From an uncultured Chloroflexia bacterium (lineage in GTDB: Bacteria > Chloroflexota > Dehalococcoidia > DSTF01 > JALHUB01), in the NCBI GenBank assembly GCA_963726245.1, contig CAVSBT010000019.1:43709-107708 (forward strand): 64,000 bases of DNA, read 5' to 3'. Shown in pieces: positions 18,138-27,771 of the stretch (position 1 is the first letter of the stretch; every line of letters begins with the position of its first letter). The notes under the pieces were generated by a model. The model had not been told where the DNA came from, did no database searches, and saw only the letters and a program-made list of their open reading frames with translations. The position numbers were made by a program, and so were the translations under genes.

Positions 18138-18851
18138 TCAGGATGCCTGCGCCCGCATGCGCTTCTCGGCGAGGCGCTCCGGCGCCGGCTCCACGATCCC
18201 CGCTACTGCGAGCGAGTTCACCACGTCCTGCACCAGCTCGTGGGCGCGCACCAGGTCCTCCGCCGCCAGCCGATGGTGGGGGGAAGGCACTATCCCCTCC
18301 AGATAGACGGTATCCCCCCGCATGTCCAGCCTGACAGTGGTGGGGGGCAGGCCGAGACAGGCGCAGAGGTCCGCTTCGAGCTGACGGGCCAGGTCATCCG
18401 GCGAGACATCGGTGCCCGCCACCCGAAGGCGGTTGGCCACGCCCGCCACGCCGCCCACCGACCAGGCGGCCCGCTCGGCGGCGCAGAGAGCATACAACGA
18501 GCTTACGATACCCCGAAGCTCTACGACGCCGTGGTTGACCTCCGGCTGTACGGTGGCGGCATCCACCTCCGGCGCCTCCTCGAAGGCTGTCCGGAGCCTC
18601 TGCCCGATGGCGCTGTCGCTGCGCACCTCGCGAGGTGCTACCCGCAGCCGGTTCACGACGTGGCTGGCCCCCGTCAGGGGTCCTATGAGTTCGGCCGCCG
18701 CCCTCTTGTGCCGGACGCTGGGGGCGGTGCCCTCTATGTGGGCCACGCTGCCCAGCATGAAGACGCGCAGGCCGTCGATGCCAAGGGTCCGCGCTGCCGC
18801 CTCCGCCGCCAACTCTAGGCTGGCGCCCTCGCCTGCTGGCGATGCTGCCAT
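18138..18851 (-). CDS. BON-domain protein (three BON-like repeats)
   Basis: Repeated pattern ...V.V...G.V.L.G.V.S......A......V.GV..V.N.L.V across 237 aa. Confidence 0.6.
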   Translation of the reverse strand: MAASPAGEGASLELAAEAAARTLGIDGLRVFMLGSVAHIEGTAPSVRHKRAAAELIGPLTGASHVVNRLRVAPREVRSDSAIGQRLRTAFEEAPEVDAATVQPEVNHGVVELRGIVSSLYALCAAERAAWSVGGVAGVANRLRVAGTDVSPDDLARQLEADLCACLGLPPTTVRLDMRGDTVYLEGIVPSPHHRLAAEDLVRAHELVQDVVNSLAVAGIVEPAPERLAEKRMRAQAS

Positions 18852-18878
18852 CCCGCACCTCCTTCGCCGCGGCCGGCT

Positions 18879-20051
18879 TCACGCCACGGCCAGATCTTCA
18901 TCCTTTGGCCCCTCGCCCTGCCGCGAGGCCGCTGCCTCGGCCAATTGTGAGGCCTCCGTCAGGAGGGGGTTCTCCTCCCTGCCCAGGCCGGGCGCCACGA
19001 CGGTGAGGCGCTCGCCGACGGCCGCTTCCTCCAGGATGCGCTCGTAGAGCGCCAGGTAGCCTTCCGCCATGCGCTGAGCCGAGAGGTTCTCCTCCACGTG
19101 GCGCCGGCAGCGCCGCGGATCGATTTGGCCTACCTGATGAACGGCGCCCACCATGCTGTCGACGTCGCGCACCAGGAAACCGGTCTCGCCGTCCACCAGC
19201 AGCTCCGCTGCAGCGCCGCGCGCGAAGGCTACGACGGGCGTGCCGCAGGCCATAGCCTCCACCATCACCAAGCCAAAGGGCTCCTCCCAGCAGATGGGGA
19301 CAAGGAGACAAGAGGCCCTGGCGTAGAGCTCTCGCTTCAGGGCGCCATCCACCTCCCCCACGAACTGAATTAGCTGGCCGTCGATGAAGGGTTCCACGCT
19401 CTCGTGGAAGTACTGACGGTCCACGCGGTCGACCTTGGCCGCGATGATGAGGCGCTTCCCCAGTCGCCGTGCCGCCTCGATGGCCAGGTGGGTGCCCTTT
19501 TCGGGCGCCACGCGGCCCAGGAAGAGGAGGTAGTCGCTCTTCCGCTCTTCGTAAGGAAAGCTCTCTACGTCGATGCCGTTGTAGACAACGCCGCAATAGG
19601 TTCCTCCCCACACCGGGGGCATTGCGCGCCGTTCGGCGTGGCTGATGGCGTTGTACCAGCCGTTGTAGCGGTCCCAGACGAACTGGGTGTCCGGCGTGAG
19701 GAGGCAGTGCATGGTGGAGAGCACGGGCACGTCTACCAGGCAGCTCATGGCCATAGCCAGCTCGCCGGCGTGGTTGTGCACGATGTCGAAGTCCTTCGCC
19801 GCCCTGAGGGAGAGGGCGATGTGCATCCAGTCGTAGGGCTGCCGGTCCTGAAGGTCGTTGGCGGTGCGCAGGCTCCGGGGATAGACAGATGAGAGCTCAG
19901 CGGAGGTGATGGAGTCGCCGGAGGCGCAGAGCGTGACTTCGTGTCCTAATCGCACCAGCTCCTCGCAGAGAACGCTGACGACAGCCTCCGTGCCGCCGTA
20001 GCGAGGTGGAGGCACCGCCTCCCACAGAGGAGCGAGCTGCAATATCCTCAA
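18879..20051 (-). CDS. GT4-family (GT-B fold) glycosyltransferase
   Basis: MRILQLAPLW...YGGTEAVVSVLCEELVRLGHEVTL and a C-terminal E-x7-E-like region (EPFGLVMVEAMACGTPVV). TTG start after AAAGGTGA. Confidence 0.8.
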   Translation of the reverse strand: MRILQLAPLWEAVPPPRYGGTEAVVSVLCEELVRLGHEVTLCASGDSITSAELSSVYPRSLRTANDLQDRQPYDWMHIALSLRAAKDFDIVHNHAGELAMAMSCLVDVPVLSTMHCLLTPDTQFVWDRYNGWYNAISHAERRAMPPVWGGTYCGVVYNGIDVESFPYEERKSDYLLFLGRVAPEKGTHLAIEAARRLGKRLIIAAKVDRVDRQYFHESVEPFIDGQLIQFVGEVDGALKRELYARASCLLVPICWEEPFGLVMVEAMACGTPVVAFARGAAAELLVDGETGFLVRDVDSMVGAVHQVGQIDPRRCRRHVEENLSAQRMAEGYLALYERILEEAAVGERLTVVAPGLGREENPLLTEASQLAEAAASRQGEGPKDEDLAVA

Positions 20052-20347
20052 ATACGATTCACCTTTCTAGGGGGTGAGCATCCCCCCGAGCCTCGTAACT
20101 CGTGACGTGGTCGCCATAGTGAGAGCGGTACACCTGATTGGGCTGCTGGTCGGCGGCCCGTGTGAGTTAGAGGCTCCCTCCTTGGAGCCCGCAGTTGTGG
20201 ACGGGACTATGAGGCGAAACGGCTCATCCCGTGCCTATCATTATACCCTGCCGATGCAAAGGCCTGGTAGAGGAAAGGGCGAGGAATGGAAGCCCGCGCC
20301 TGGCGGCCTTCGCCGCCTATCGCGCTTGTTCTTGCGCTTCCGTGGTT

Positions 20348-21049
20348 CTAGAGGCTGACGAAGGCGCTGCCCTGCCACAACAGCACGACGAGCGCGCCCG
20401 CTGAGATGAAGGGAGCATAGGGCATGGGGTAGCTGCGGCGCCTCACGCGCACGGCCAGGTAGGCCGCCACCACGCCGCCGGCCAAAGCGGTGATCATGAG
20501 GGCGGGAAGGATGAGAGAGCCGCCCAAGGCGAGCCCAGCGAAGCCGGCGAGCTTGACGTCGCCCAGCCCCAGGCCGCCACGCGAGACGAGAGCTATTATC
20601 AACATGAGCCCTCCGCCGATTGCCCCTCCAATCAGGGCCTCCCTGACGTCGCCGTGGGGCATGAAGGCGGCAGCCAGCAGGGCGCCGCCGGCCGCCGGGT
20701 AGGTGATGACGTTGGGGACGCGAAAAGCCATAAGGTCTGTCGCAGCGCAGGCGATGAAGACCGTGGCGTAGGCCGACACCACCGCCGCGTCCTCCGGTGT
20801 CGGGTAGCGGGCGGCGGCCACGGCGAAGAGCGCCGCGGTGACAGCGACGAGGGCCGGTCGCCGCCATAGGGGCCCCTCGCCGATCAGGGCGGCCAGCCGG
20901 GCGCGGCCGACCTCCCCAAGCGGTACTACCGCCAGGCGCTCCTCCAGTGGGGCGATCCCCTCCTCCGAGGGCACAGCAAGTCGTACCACGAGGGCTTCCA
21001 GCAGGAAACCCACAACCGCCCCCAGCAGCGCGAAAAGGACAATCTGCAT
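20348..21049 (-). CDS. A24-family prepilin (type IV leader) peptidase, peptidase domain only
   Basis: Polytopic membrane protein. TDLMAFRVPN and LGLGDVKLAGFAGLALG carry the two Asp motifs. Start set at ATG 21049 (MQIVLFALLG). Confidence 0.75.
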   Translation of the reverse strand: MQIVLFALLGAVVGFLLEALVVRLAVPSEEGIAPLEERLAVVPLGEVGRARLAALIGEGPLWRRPALVAVTAALFAVAAARYPTPEDAAVVSAYATVFIACAATDLMAFRVPNVITYPAAGGALLAAAFMPHGDVREALIGGAIGGGLMLIIALVSRGGLGLGDVKLAGFAGLALGGSLILPALMITALAGGVVAAYLAVRVRRRSYPMPYAPFISAGALVVLLWQGSAFVSL

Positions 21050-21083
21050 CGTCAAGACACCATGTACATTGTCGGTCGCATCT

Positions 21084-22661
21084 TCACACACCTGAGTCGC
21101 GCGTGAGGGATGGCGGAGGCCCGCTCCAGCTCCAGAGGACGTGTCTGTCCGTCACCTGGGGGACCAACAACCCTTCGGCCTCCAGCCGCATCACGTGTTC
21201 TTCAACCTGGTGGAGGGGCAGAGAGAGATAATCCGCCAGCCTCAGCCCCAGGTCTCTGGTCGGGCTCTCTGTGATTTCCAGGGGCCCAAGGTTCTCGATA
21301 TAGTCGTTCTTGAGCAGGCTCCAGGCAAAGCGCCGCTCCCTCCTCCGCCTTATCTCCTGAGCGTCCTCGTCACTCAACCTGCCCTCGCGTTCGAGCCTCT
21401 GCTGAAGACGGTCAAAACGTCTTACATCGTTGTAGTACTGGTGCAGGACTTGCTCCATGTCCTTGGCGCCGGCGCCCGGGGTCGTGGCCACCACACGGTT
21501 GGCATCGTATTTCGACCAATCGTCGGTCAGGATGGTCATGCCATATTCGTCAGCCTTCTCCCTTACCTCAGTCCCAGGGAAAGGCGCCAGCACGTGCAAA
21601 GAATACGGGGCATCCAGCCGCTTCGCGAGGTCATAGCTCTGTCTCATGGTCTTCTTGGTCTCTCCGGGCAGCCCAAGGATGAAGGAGGTGACAGCCCTCA
21701 TGCCCGTCTCTTTGGTCAGGGCCACCGCCTCCTTCACCTTCTTCAAGGTGATCTTCTTCTTGACCCTGTCCAGTATCTCCTGGTTTCCGCTCTCCACGCC
21801 GAAGACCAAAGCGTCGCAGCCCGCCTGCTTCATCTTCTTCACGAGTTCTCTGGTGACCGTGTCGACCCTGGAGAAGGCGTTCCATCTGATCTTCAGGCCC
21901 CTGCTCACTATCTCGTCGCAGATAGCATAGACATGCCCGTGGTTGAAAGTGAGAAGATCGTCCCCAATCTGGATCTCCTTGAACCCCATCTCCTGAACCA
22001 TCTGCATCTCATCTACCACCAACTTTGCGTTGCGCAGCCGGACCCTCCTGCCCGTCATCCGATGCCCCACGCAAAAGATGCAATTGAACGGGCACCCCCT
22101 GCCGGTGATAACGCAGCCTCCGGCGTTGAAAGCGCGGTATTTGGCTAGCGGGAACAAGTGTCGGGCCGGAACCGGGAACTCGTCTACGTTCTCGATCCAG
22201 GGCCGGTCGGCGGTCGCAGTTATGCCGTCCCCTTCCCTGAAGACGAGGCCCTCTATCTCCGCGGGCTTCTTGCCGCTCACGATGTCGAGCATCGTGTATT
22301 CCCCCTGCCCTCGCACCACGATGTCAATCCAGGGGGCCTCCCTGAGTGTTTGCTCGGCACAGAAGGTCACGTGAGGTCCGCCCATCACTGTGACAACGTT
22401 CTCGTCGGATTCCTTGCAGAGCTTGAGTATTCTCGAAGACGTGGGGTAGTTCATGGTCACTGCGGTTATCCCCACGACCTCCGGCCTGTACTCCGCCATA
22501 CAGCGGCGCACTTTTTCCTCTGAATACTGGCTTACCAGAAGGTCGAGGACTTTGACCTCAACCCCATTCTTCTCCAGTACGGCCGCAATGTAGCTCAAGC
22601 CCAGGGGCATGTTGGGCCACTCCGTAAAAGGGTAGGGAGGGTTTACTAGAAGAGTCCTCAT
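21084..22661 (-). CDS. B12-binding-domain radical SAM protein with ~90-aa C-terminal extension
   Basis: N-terminal cobalamin-binding-like domain (MRTLLVNPPYP...GITAVT). Radical SAM cluster motif GCPFNCIFC. GGE-like FGVESG. Visibly lower GC and AGA/AGG/AAG-rich codon usage. Confidence 0.85.
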   Translation of the reverse strand: MRTLLVNPPYPFTEWPNMPLGLSYIAAVLEKNGVEVKVLDLLVSQYSEEKVRRCMAEYRPEVVGITAVTMNYPTSSRILKLCKESDENVVTVMGGPHVTFCAEQTLREAPWIDIVVRGQGEYTMLDIVSGKKPAEIEGLVFREGDGITATADRPWIENVDEFPVPARHLFPLAKYRAFNAGGCVITGRGCPFNCIFCVGHRMTGRRVRLRNAKLVVDEMQMVQEMGFKEIQIGDDLLTFNHGHVYAICDEIVSRGLKIRWNAFSRVDTVTRELVKKMKQAGCDALVFGVESGNQEILDRVKKKITLKKVKEAVALTKETGMRAVTSFILGLPGETKKTMRQSYDLAKRLDAPYSLHVLAPFPGTEVREKADEYGMTILTDDWSKYDANRVVATTPGAGAKDMEQVLHQYYNDVRRFDRLQQRLEREGRLSDEDAQEIRRRRERRFAWSLLKNDYIENLGPLEITESPTRDLGLRLADYLSLPLHQVEEHVMRLEAEGLLVPQVTDRHVLWSWSGPPPSLTRDSGV

Positions 22662-22727
22662 GATGCTGTTCCCCTCAGGAAAGCTCCTATTGAGCAGCCA
22701 ACGCCGAGTTCGCTTCGAAGAGTGTCC

Positions 22728-23967
22728 CTACCCATGATACCGTCTCAGCACCAGGCAGGCGTTCTGCCCGCCCAGGCCGAAGGAATTGGAGAGGCATACG
22801 TTCACCCGGTGCGGACGGGCTTCGTTCGGCACGTAGTCCAGGTCGCAATCAGGGTCCGGGGTACGGTAGTTGATGGTGGGCGGCAGCACCTGGTCGCGGA
22901 GGGTGAGCACCGCGGTAACGGCTTCGACGCCGCCGGCGGCCGCTGCCAGGTGGCCGATCATCGACTTGTTGGAGCTGACGGGGATGCGGTAAGCCAGTTC
23001 GCCGAAGACCTTCTTGATGGCCGCCGTCTCCGTCTTGTCATTGAGCTGAGTGGACGTCCCGTGGGCGTTGACATAATCGATGTCAGCGGCGGTGACCTCG
23101 GCGTCGCGGAGGGCGCGGGCCATGGCGAGCGCCTGGCCGTCCACGTCGGGGGCCGTCTCGTCGGCGGCGTCGAAGGACCAGCCGGCGCCCGCCACCTCGG
23201 CCAGGATGGGCGCATCGCGGCGCCGGGCGTGCTCCTCCGACTCCAGCACGAGCACGCCGGCCCCCTCGCCCATGACGAAGCCGTCGCGCTCCGCGTCGAA
23301 GGGGCGGGAGGCGGCCTGCGGGTCGTCGTTGCGGCGCGAGAGGGCGCCGACGACGCCCATGGCGGCCATTATGAGGGCTGCCACCGAGGCCTCGCAGCCG
23401 CCGGCCAGCAGGATCTCGGCCTGGCCCAGCCGGATGAAGTTGAGGGCGTGGCCGATGGCGTCGGCTCCCGAGGCGCAGGCGCTGTTGATGGTGGTGTTGG
23501 GTCCGCGCACCCCCAGGGCGTGGCCCACGCGCACGCCGGCCATGTGCGCGCCGACGCGTGAAATGATCAGCGGGTCGATGCGGCTCGCGCCGCGCTCTTC
23601 GATGATGCGTTCCTGGGGAGCGAAGCCCGCCAGCGCCGCCGCTGCTGGCCATGACGACGCCGATCTCGTCGCGGGTGGACTCGTCCACGACCAGACCGGC
23701 CGACGCCAGGGCCTGACGGGCGGCCGCCGTGCCCAACTGGGCGTAGCGCCCGCTGCGACGGGCCATCTTGTAGTCCATGTAGCAGGCGGGGTCAAAGCCC
23801 TTCACCTCAGCGGCGATGCGCGAGGGGAAGCCGGTGGCGTCGAAGAGGGTGACAGGGCCCACGCCGGAGCGGCCGGCGAGGAGCCCCTGCCAGTGGGACT
23901 CGGCGTCCAGCCCCAGAGGCGTGACCGCGCCAAGGCCGGTGACCACTACACGTCGCAGAGTGCGCAA
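22728..23967 (-). CDS. fabF: beta-ketoacyl-ACP synthase II, frame broken near 23626-23630
   Basis: N-terminal part RRVVVTGLGAVTPLG... comes from ORF 23083..24003. The C-terminal part has active-site INSACASG, HGTST and GHLAAAAG, from ORF 22728..23795. Start set at TTG 23967 after GGGAGGG. Confidence 0.85.
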
Positions 23968-24086
23968 TCGGCCCTCCCGCCGGCCGGGGATGTAGGGGCG
24001 CACGGTCCGCCAGGGGCGGACGCCCCTACTGGCCTACCGATAGGCCACGAGGCCTTCCCGTTTGTAACCCAGGTCGCCGCTCACGG

Positions 24087-24740
24087 TCAACCGCGCGGCC
24101 GGCCTTCCAGCAGGGCGAGCGCGGCCGCGTCGTTTAGACTGTCCACCACCACGTCGGCGGCTGACAGGTCTTCGCGCGGGCGGGTGGTAGTCACGGCGAG
24201 GCAGCGCATGCCTGCCCGCCGTGCGGCTTCGACGCCGCCGGGCGCGTCCTCGATGACCAGGCAGCGCTCCGGCGCCACGCCCAGCCTGCGGGCGGCCAGC
24301 AGGTATCCTTCCGGGTCGGGCTTGCCCCTCGACACGTCCTCCGCTGCCACGATGGTGTCGAAGGCGTCGGCGAGGCCCACCTGCCCCAGCACGAAGTCGA
24401 TGTTGGCCCGAGGCGTGGAGGTGACCAGGGCCGCGCGCCGGCCTCCGTCTCGGGCATGACGCGCCAGCTCGGCAGCGCCCGGCAGGAGGCTCACCCGTCC
24501 GGCGGCGTGCTGCCGGAACAGCGACTCCTTGCGTTCCGAGAGGCGCTCCACCTCTTCGGCGGGCACCTCACCCAGCAAGTCGCGCAGGATGAGGTCGTTG
24601 CGCAGGCCGAACGAGCGGCGGAACTCCTCCTCGCCGAGCGTGCGCCCGAGCTCGCCGAGGAGCTGGCGCCAGGCCTGGTAGTGGAACCGGGCGGTGTCGA
24701 CGAGGACGCCGTCCAGGTCCCAGAGGACTGCTTCGATCAT
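24087..24740 (-). CDS. HAD-superfamily hydrolase (beta-phosphoglucomutase-like subfamily IA)
   Basis: DLDGVLVDT motif I, TS motif II, and K...EDAPGGVEAA motifs III/IV. Confidence 0.8.
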   Translation of the reverse strand: MIEAVLWDLDGVLVDTARFHYQAWRQLLGELGRTLGEEEFRRSFGLRNDLILRDLLGEVPAEEVERLSERKESLFRQHAAGRVSLLPGAAELARHARDGGRRAALVTSTPRANIDFVLGQVGLADAFDTIVAAEDVSRGKPDPEGYLLAARRLGVAPERCLVIEDAPGGVEAARRAGMRCLAVTTTRPREDLSAADVVVDSLNDAAALALLEGRPRG

Positions 24741-24749
24741 GCTGAGGCG

Positions 24750-25919
24750 CTAATCGGCGCTCTCGCCATCCGGCGGCGGCGAGGGGATTGCCTCCAGGGA
24801 CGACGACTCCAGGAAGGGAGCCTTCCGTCGCAGCCAGACCACGCCGTGGCTGTTCCAGAGGGAGACCGCATAGCCCAGCCTGGTGAGGATGGCCGCCACC
24901 AGGACGACCAGGGCCACGACGACGGCCAGCTCGAGGGGGAAGTAGCCCACGTAATGTAGAAGTATGGCCGCCCCCGAGAAGAGGACGGAGAGAGCATAGA
25001 GGACGGCCAGGCTCGCCCTGGGCCCCAGGCCGAGCACCTCCAGGCGGTGGTGGATGTGGTCCAGGTCGCCCAGGAAGGGATGACTGCGGTCCAGGGCGCG
25101 GCGGGTCACCGCCAGCACCGTGTCCAGGATGGGGAAGCCCAGCGCCACGATGGGCACGCCGATGAAGAAGGCGTTGGAGACGCCGGTGGAGCCCCGGATG
25201 GACAGGGCGCCGAGGACGAAGCCCATCAGCAGCGCTCCGGAGTCGCCCAGAATCGAAGAGGCTGGTGGCAGGTTGAAGGGCAGGAAGCCCAGGCCGCCTC
25301 CGGCCAGGGCCACCAGCAGCAGCGCTATCGTCGGATGCGCGGAGTGGGAGGCTACCTGCGCCAGCGTGGCCGCCGCCAGGATGGAGACGCCCACCGCCAC
25401 GCCGTCCTTGCCGTCCACCAGGTTGATGGCGTTGGTGAAGAAGACAACCCAGGCTATCGTGGCCAGTGGAGCCAGGTAGCCGAGCTCGATGGCGCCGCCC
25501 CAGGGGAAGGCCGCCTGCTCGATGCGGTAGCCGGCGGCGTAGACCGCTATCGCCGCCCCGACCTGGCCGACCAGCTTCTGCTGCCAGCTCGCCACCCGCC
25601 AGTCGTCGAAGAGGCCGGTCAGGAAGATCAGAGAGCAGGCGCCGAGGAAGCCCAGGAACGTCCTCGACTTGGGCGCGAAGAACTCAGACGCCTGCGGGGA
25701 GATGGCTGAGGCCACGAAGGGGGTGATGGCGAAGGCCAGGAATATGGCGACGCCGCCCAGCTTCGGCCTATGGGGGGCGTATCGTCCAAAGGGGCCCTGT
25801 AGCAGCCGGACGTGGGAGAGGGCCTGGAGGAGGGCCGTCGCCACCAGGGCGATGGCCGCCGCCAGGAGAAGGGTAAGCAGGTAGACGTTCACGGGCCCTC
25901 TTTCCGTGAGTAGGTCCAT
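24750..25919 (-). CDS. polyprenyl-phosphate N-acetylhexosamine-1-phosphate transferase (MraY/WecA family, GT4 membrane family)
   Basis: Polytopic. LFDDW, NAINLVDGKDG, GDSGALLMG and HIHHRL motifs. Confidence 0.8.
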   Translation of the reverse strand: MDLLTERGPVNVYLLTLLLAAAIALVATALLQALSHVRLLQGPFGRYAPHRPKLGGVAIFLAFAITPFVASAISPQASEFFAPKSRTFLGFLGACSLIFLTGLFDDWRVASWQQKLVGQVGAAIAVYAAGYRIEQAAFPWGGAIELGYLAPLATIAWVVFFTNAINLVDGKDGVAVGVSILAAATLAQVASHSAHPTIALLLVALAGGGLGFLPFNLPPASSILGDSGALLMGFVLGALSIRGSTGVSNAFFIGVPIVALGFPILDTVLAVTRRALDRSHPFLGDLDHIHHRLEVLGLGPRASLAVLYALSVLFSGAAILLHYVGYFPLELAVVVALVVLVAAILTRLGYAVSLWNSHGVVWLRRKAPFLESSSLEAIPSPPPDGESAD

Positions 25920-26038
25920 CCCTCAGCCGGTAGAGGGGTATCCGTCGGATTTTACCACGTCGCGATGAGGGGTCAAGCCGATGTCCGGGCCCTGCGCCCG
26001 CCATCCGCTTGAACGGCGCGCCGCCCGCCCGTATGATC

Positions 26039-26072
26039 CACAGCGGATTCCGGAAAAACGGATAAGCGGATG
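26039..26072. repeat. 34-nt repeat arm upstream of the GxxExxY gene
   Basis: cacagcggattccggaaaaacggataagcggatg. A direct partial copy lies at 26510-26540. An inverted near-copy lies at 26545-26577 (reverse complement ctcacaacggattcatggaaacggataatcggatg). Confidence 0.6.
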
Positions 26073-26125
26073 GGACTCACCACGACCGACACGATGACAT
26101 CACGTACCGGATTATTGGGGCTGCC

Positions 26126-26521
26126 ATGAGGGTGCACAATGTTCTGGGCCCCGGTCTGCGAGAGGGCATATACCAGCGGGCGCTGTTGGAGCAAATGGGG
26201 GCCGAGGGGCTCTCCTTTGAAGAGGAGAAGGCAGTGGAGGTGTTCCTTGACGGCGTCAGGGTCGGCCTGCTGTACCTCGATCACCTGGTTGAAGACGCTG
26301 TCGTCGTTGAGATCAAAGCGTTGCGACATCGGCTGACACAAGATGAGGTCGGACAGGTGATCACCTACCTCGCGGCAACTGGGCACAAAGTGGGCTTACT
26401 GTTCAACTTCGCGGGGCGATCGTTGGAGTACAAGCGGATTCTGCCGCCAAGGAAGCTGGATGACTGGAGGCAGAGGATCAGGCGCTATGCCTGGACAGCA
26501 AGGCCAGCTCACAACGGATAA
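26126..26521 (+). CDS. GxxExxY protein (PD-(D/E)XK nuclease-like fold family), N-terminus possibly truncated
   Basis: GPGLREGIYQRAL (GxxExxY), DHLVEDAVVVEIK, QVITYL...GLLFNF. Homology continues upstream (..ITYRIIGAA) with no start codon before ATG 26126. Confidence 0.75.
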   Translation: MRVHNVLGPGLREGIYQRALLEQMGAEGLSFEEEKAVEVFLDGVRVGLLYLDHLVEDAVVVEIKALRHRLTQDEVGQVITYLAATGHKVGLLFNFAGRSLEYKRILPPRKLDDWRQRIRRYAWTARPAHNG

Positions 26522-26577
26522 CGAACGGATAAGCGGATGGCCCTCATCCGATTATCCGTTTCCATGAATCCGTTGTG
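26510..26577. repeat. long imperfect palindrome at the 3' end of the GxxExxY gene
   Basis: Outer arms cacaacggat / atccgttgtg and inner arms cggataagcggatg / catccgattatccg, read directly. Overlaps the TAA stop at 26519-26521. Confidence 0.65.
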
Positions 26578-26616
26578 AGAAGAGACAGCCGACCCCCAGA
26601 CAGGAGGGAGGAGTCG

Positions 26617-26802
26617 ATGACGACTGAGCACGAGCCTGCGCAGGTCATGGTGGCGCTGCCCTTGGGCACGCTGCGACTGCTGGTAGGGAGCATCATCGTC
26701 GCCATCCTGGTCATGCTCCCCATACTGGCCTTCGAGATCGTCATCCTCCTCCAGGTCTTTCACATCGTCGACCTGCTGGAGCGGCTGGCGCCGGCGGGCT
26801 GA
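26617..26802 (+). CDS. small membrane protein (hypothetical)
   Basis: ATG at 26617 preceded by GGAGGGAGGAG. Hydrophobic core LRLLVGSIIVAILVMLPILAFEIVILL. Confidence 0.45.
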   Translation: MTTEHEPAQVMVALPLGTLRLLVGSIIVAILVMLPILAFEIVILLQVFHIVDLLERLAPAG

Positions 26803-26826
26803 GGCGGTGAGGCAACCGGAGACAGC

Positions 26827-27573
26827 ATGAGCGTCCGCGCCGTCCTCTTCGACCTGGGGCACACGCTCTGGGACGTCCGCTACAACGAGGCGCTGGCGCC
26901 CACCATCTACCGCCGTGTGCACCGACGCCTGAGCCGCGCCGTGGCGGGGCCTCTACCCAGCGCAGAGCGCCTGCGCGAGGCCGTAACCGGGCGCTGGGCC
27001 GAGGAGGAGGCTGATGTCACGCGGAACGGACGCCTGGACCAGCGGCCGGCAGCGGACATCATAGACGAGGGGCTGGCAGCCCTGGGCCTCGAAGTCCCTG
27101 AGCACGTCCTGGACCGCATCACCGACGACATCCTCTCGCCCGACGCCTGGGGCCGCTACCTGGAGGCCGACACTTTGGGCGCCCTCCGCACTCTCAAGGA
27201 GAGAGGCCTGAAGCTGGGGGTCGTGTCCAACACCTACCAGCGGGGCCCGGTGCTGCGGGACCAGCTAGGTCACGCCGGCGCCCTGCCCTACATCGACGTG
27301 ATGGTCTTCTCCTCCGAGATGGGCCTGCGCAAGCCTCACCCGTCCCTCTTCCAGGCGCCCCTGGCCGAGCTCGGGGTCGCCCCCCAGGACGCCGTCTTCG
27401 TGGGCGACAGCCCGGGGGTCGACATCCGGGGCGCCCAGGCGGTCGGCATGCGCGCCGTCCTCACGCGCCAGTACCGGCAGGAGCCCGTTGAGGACGTCAC
27501 GCCCGACCGCATCATCTGGCGCCTGCCGGAGGTCATCGAGTACATCGACAGCCTGAACTCCCATCGGGGGTGA
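26827..27573 (+). CDS. HAD-superfamily hydrolase
   Basis: FDLGHTLWD motif I, VVSNT motif II, VGDSPGVDIRGA motif IV. Confidence 0.75.
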   Translation: MSVRAVLFDLGHTLWDVRYNEALAPTIYRRVHRRLSRAVAGPLPSAERLREAVTGRWAEEEADVTRNGRLDQRPAADIIDEGLAALGLEVPEHVLDRITDDILSPDAWGRYLEADTLGALRTLKERGLKLGVVSNTYQRGPVLRDQLGHAGALPYIDVMVFSSEMGLRKPHPSLFQAPLAELGVAPQDAVFVGDSPGVDIRGAQAVGMRAVLTRQYRQEPVEDVTPDRIIWRLPEVIEYIDSLNSHRG

Positions 27574-27771
27574 GGGTCCCGCTCGATGAGCTGTCGACCA
27601 GGCGCCGTCACCGATGTGAGCGAGGCCGGCTTGCTCTGGTGCAAGGCAGCTTCCTTGACACCCGTGGGCGATGGTCTATCATAGCGCCTGAATCTCGCGG
27701 CGCGGGCCGGCGACGGCTTCATCGGCCGGCGGTGCCGCCCACGGCGGAGGGCCTGACCCAGGAGGACAACG

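Noticed and set aside
20240-20259. TATAAT (minus strand, 20240-20245) with TTGCAT 8 nt upstream, considered as a promoter for the GT4 gene with a ~190-nt leader and possible riboswitch.
   Set aside because: The spacing to the -35-like hexamer is far too short. No acceptable -35 lies at 16-18 nt, and no known riboswitch core is recognisable in the leader.
23080-24459. 459-aa plus-strand ORF. Similar long shadow ORFs: 2079..3245(-), 27679..28698(-), 31515..32522(+), 35718..36887(-), 38217..39362(+), 40230..41270(+), 50802..51911(+), 54014..55390(+), 21141..22148(+).
   Set aside because: All are antisense to genes with clear family signatures. They are compositionally biased (R/A/G/P-rich) and carry no motifs, so they are GC-driven open frames rather than genes.
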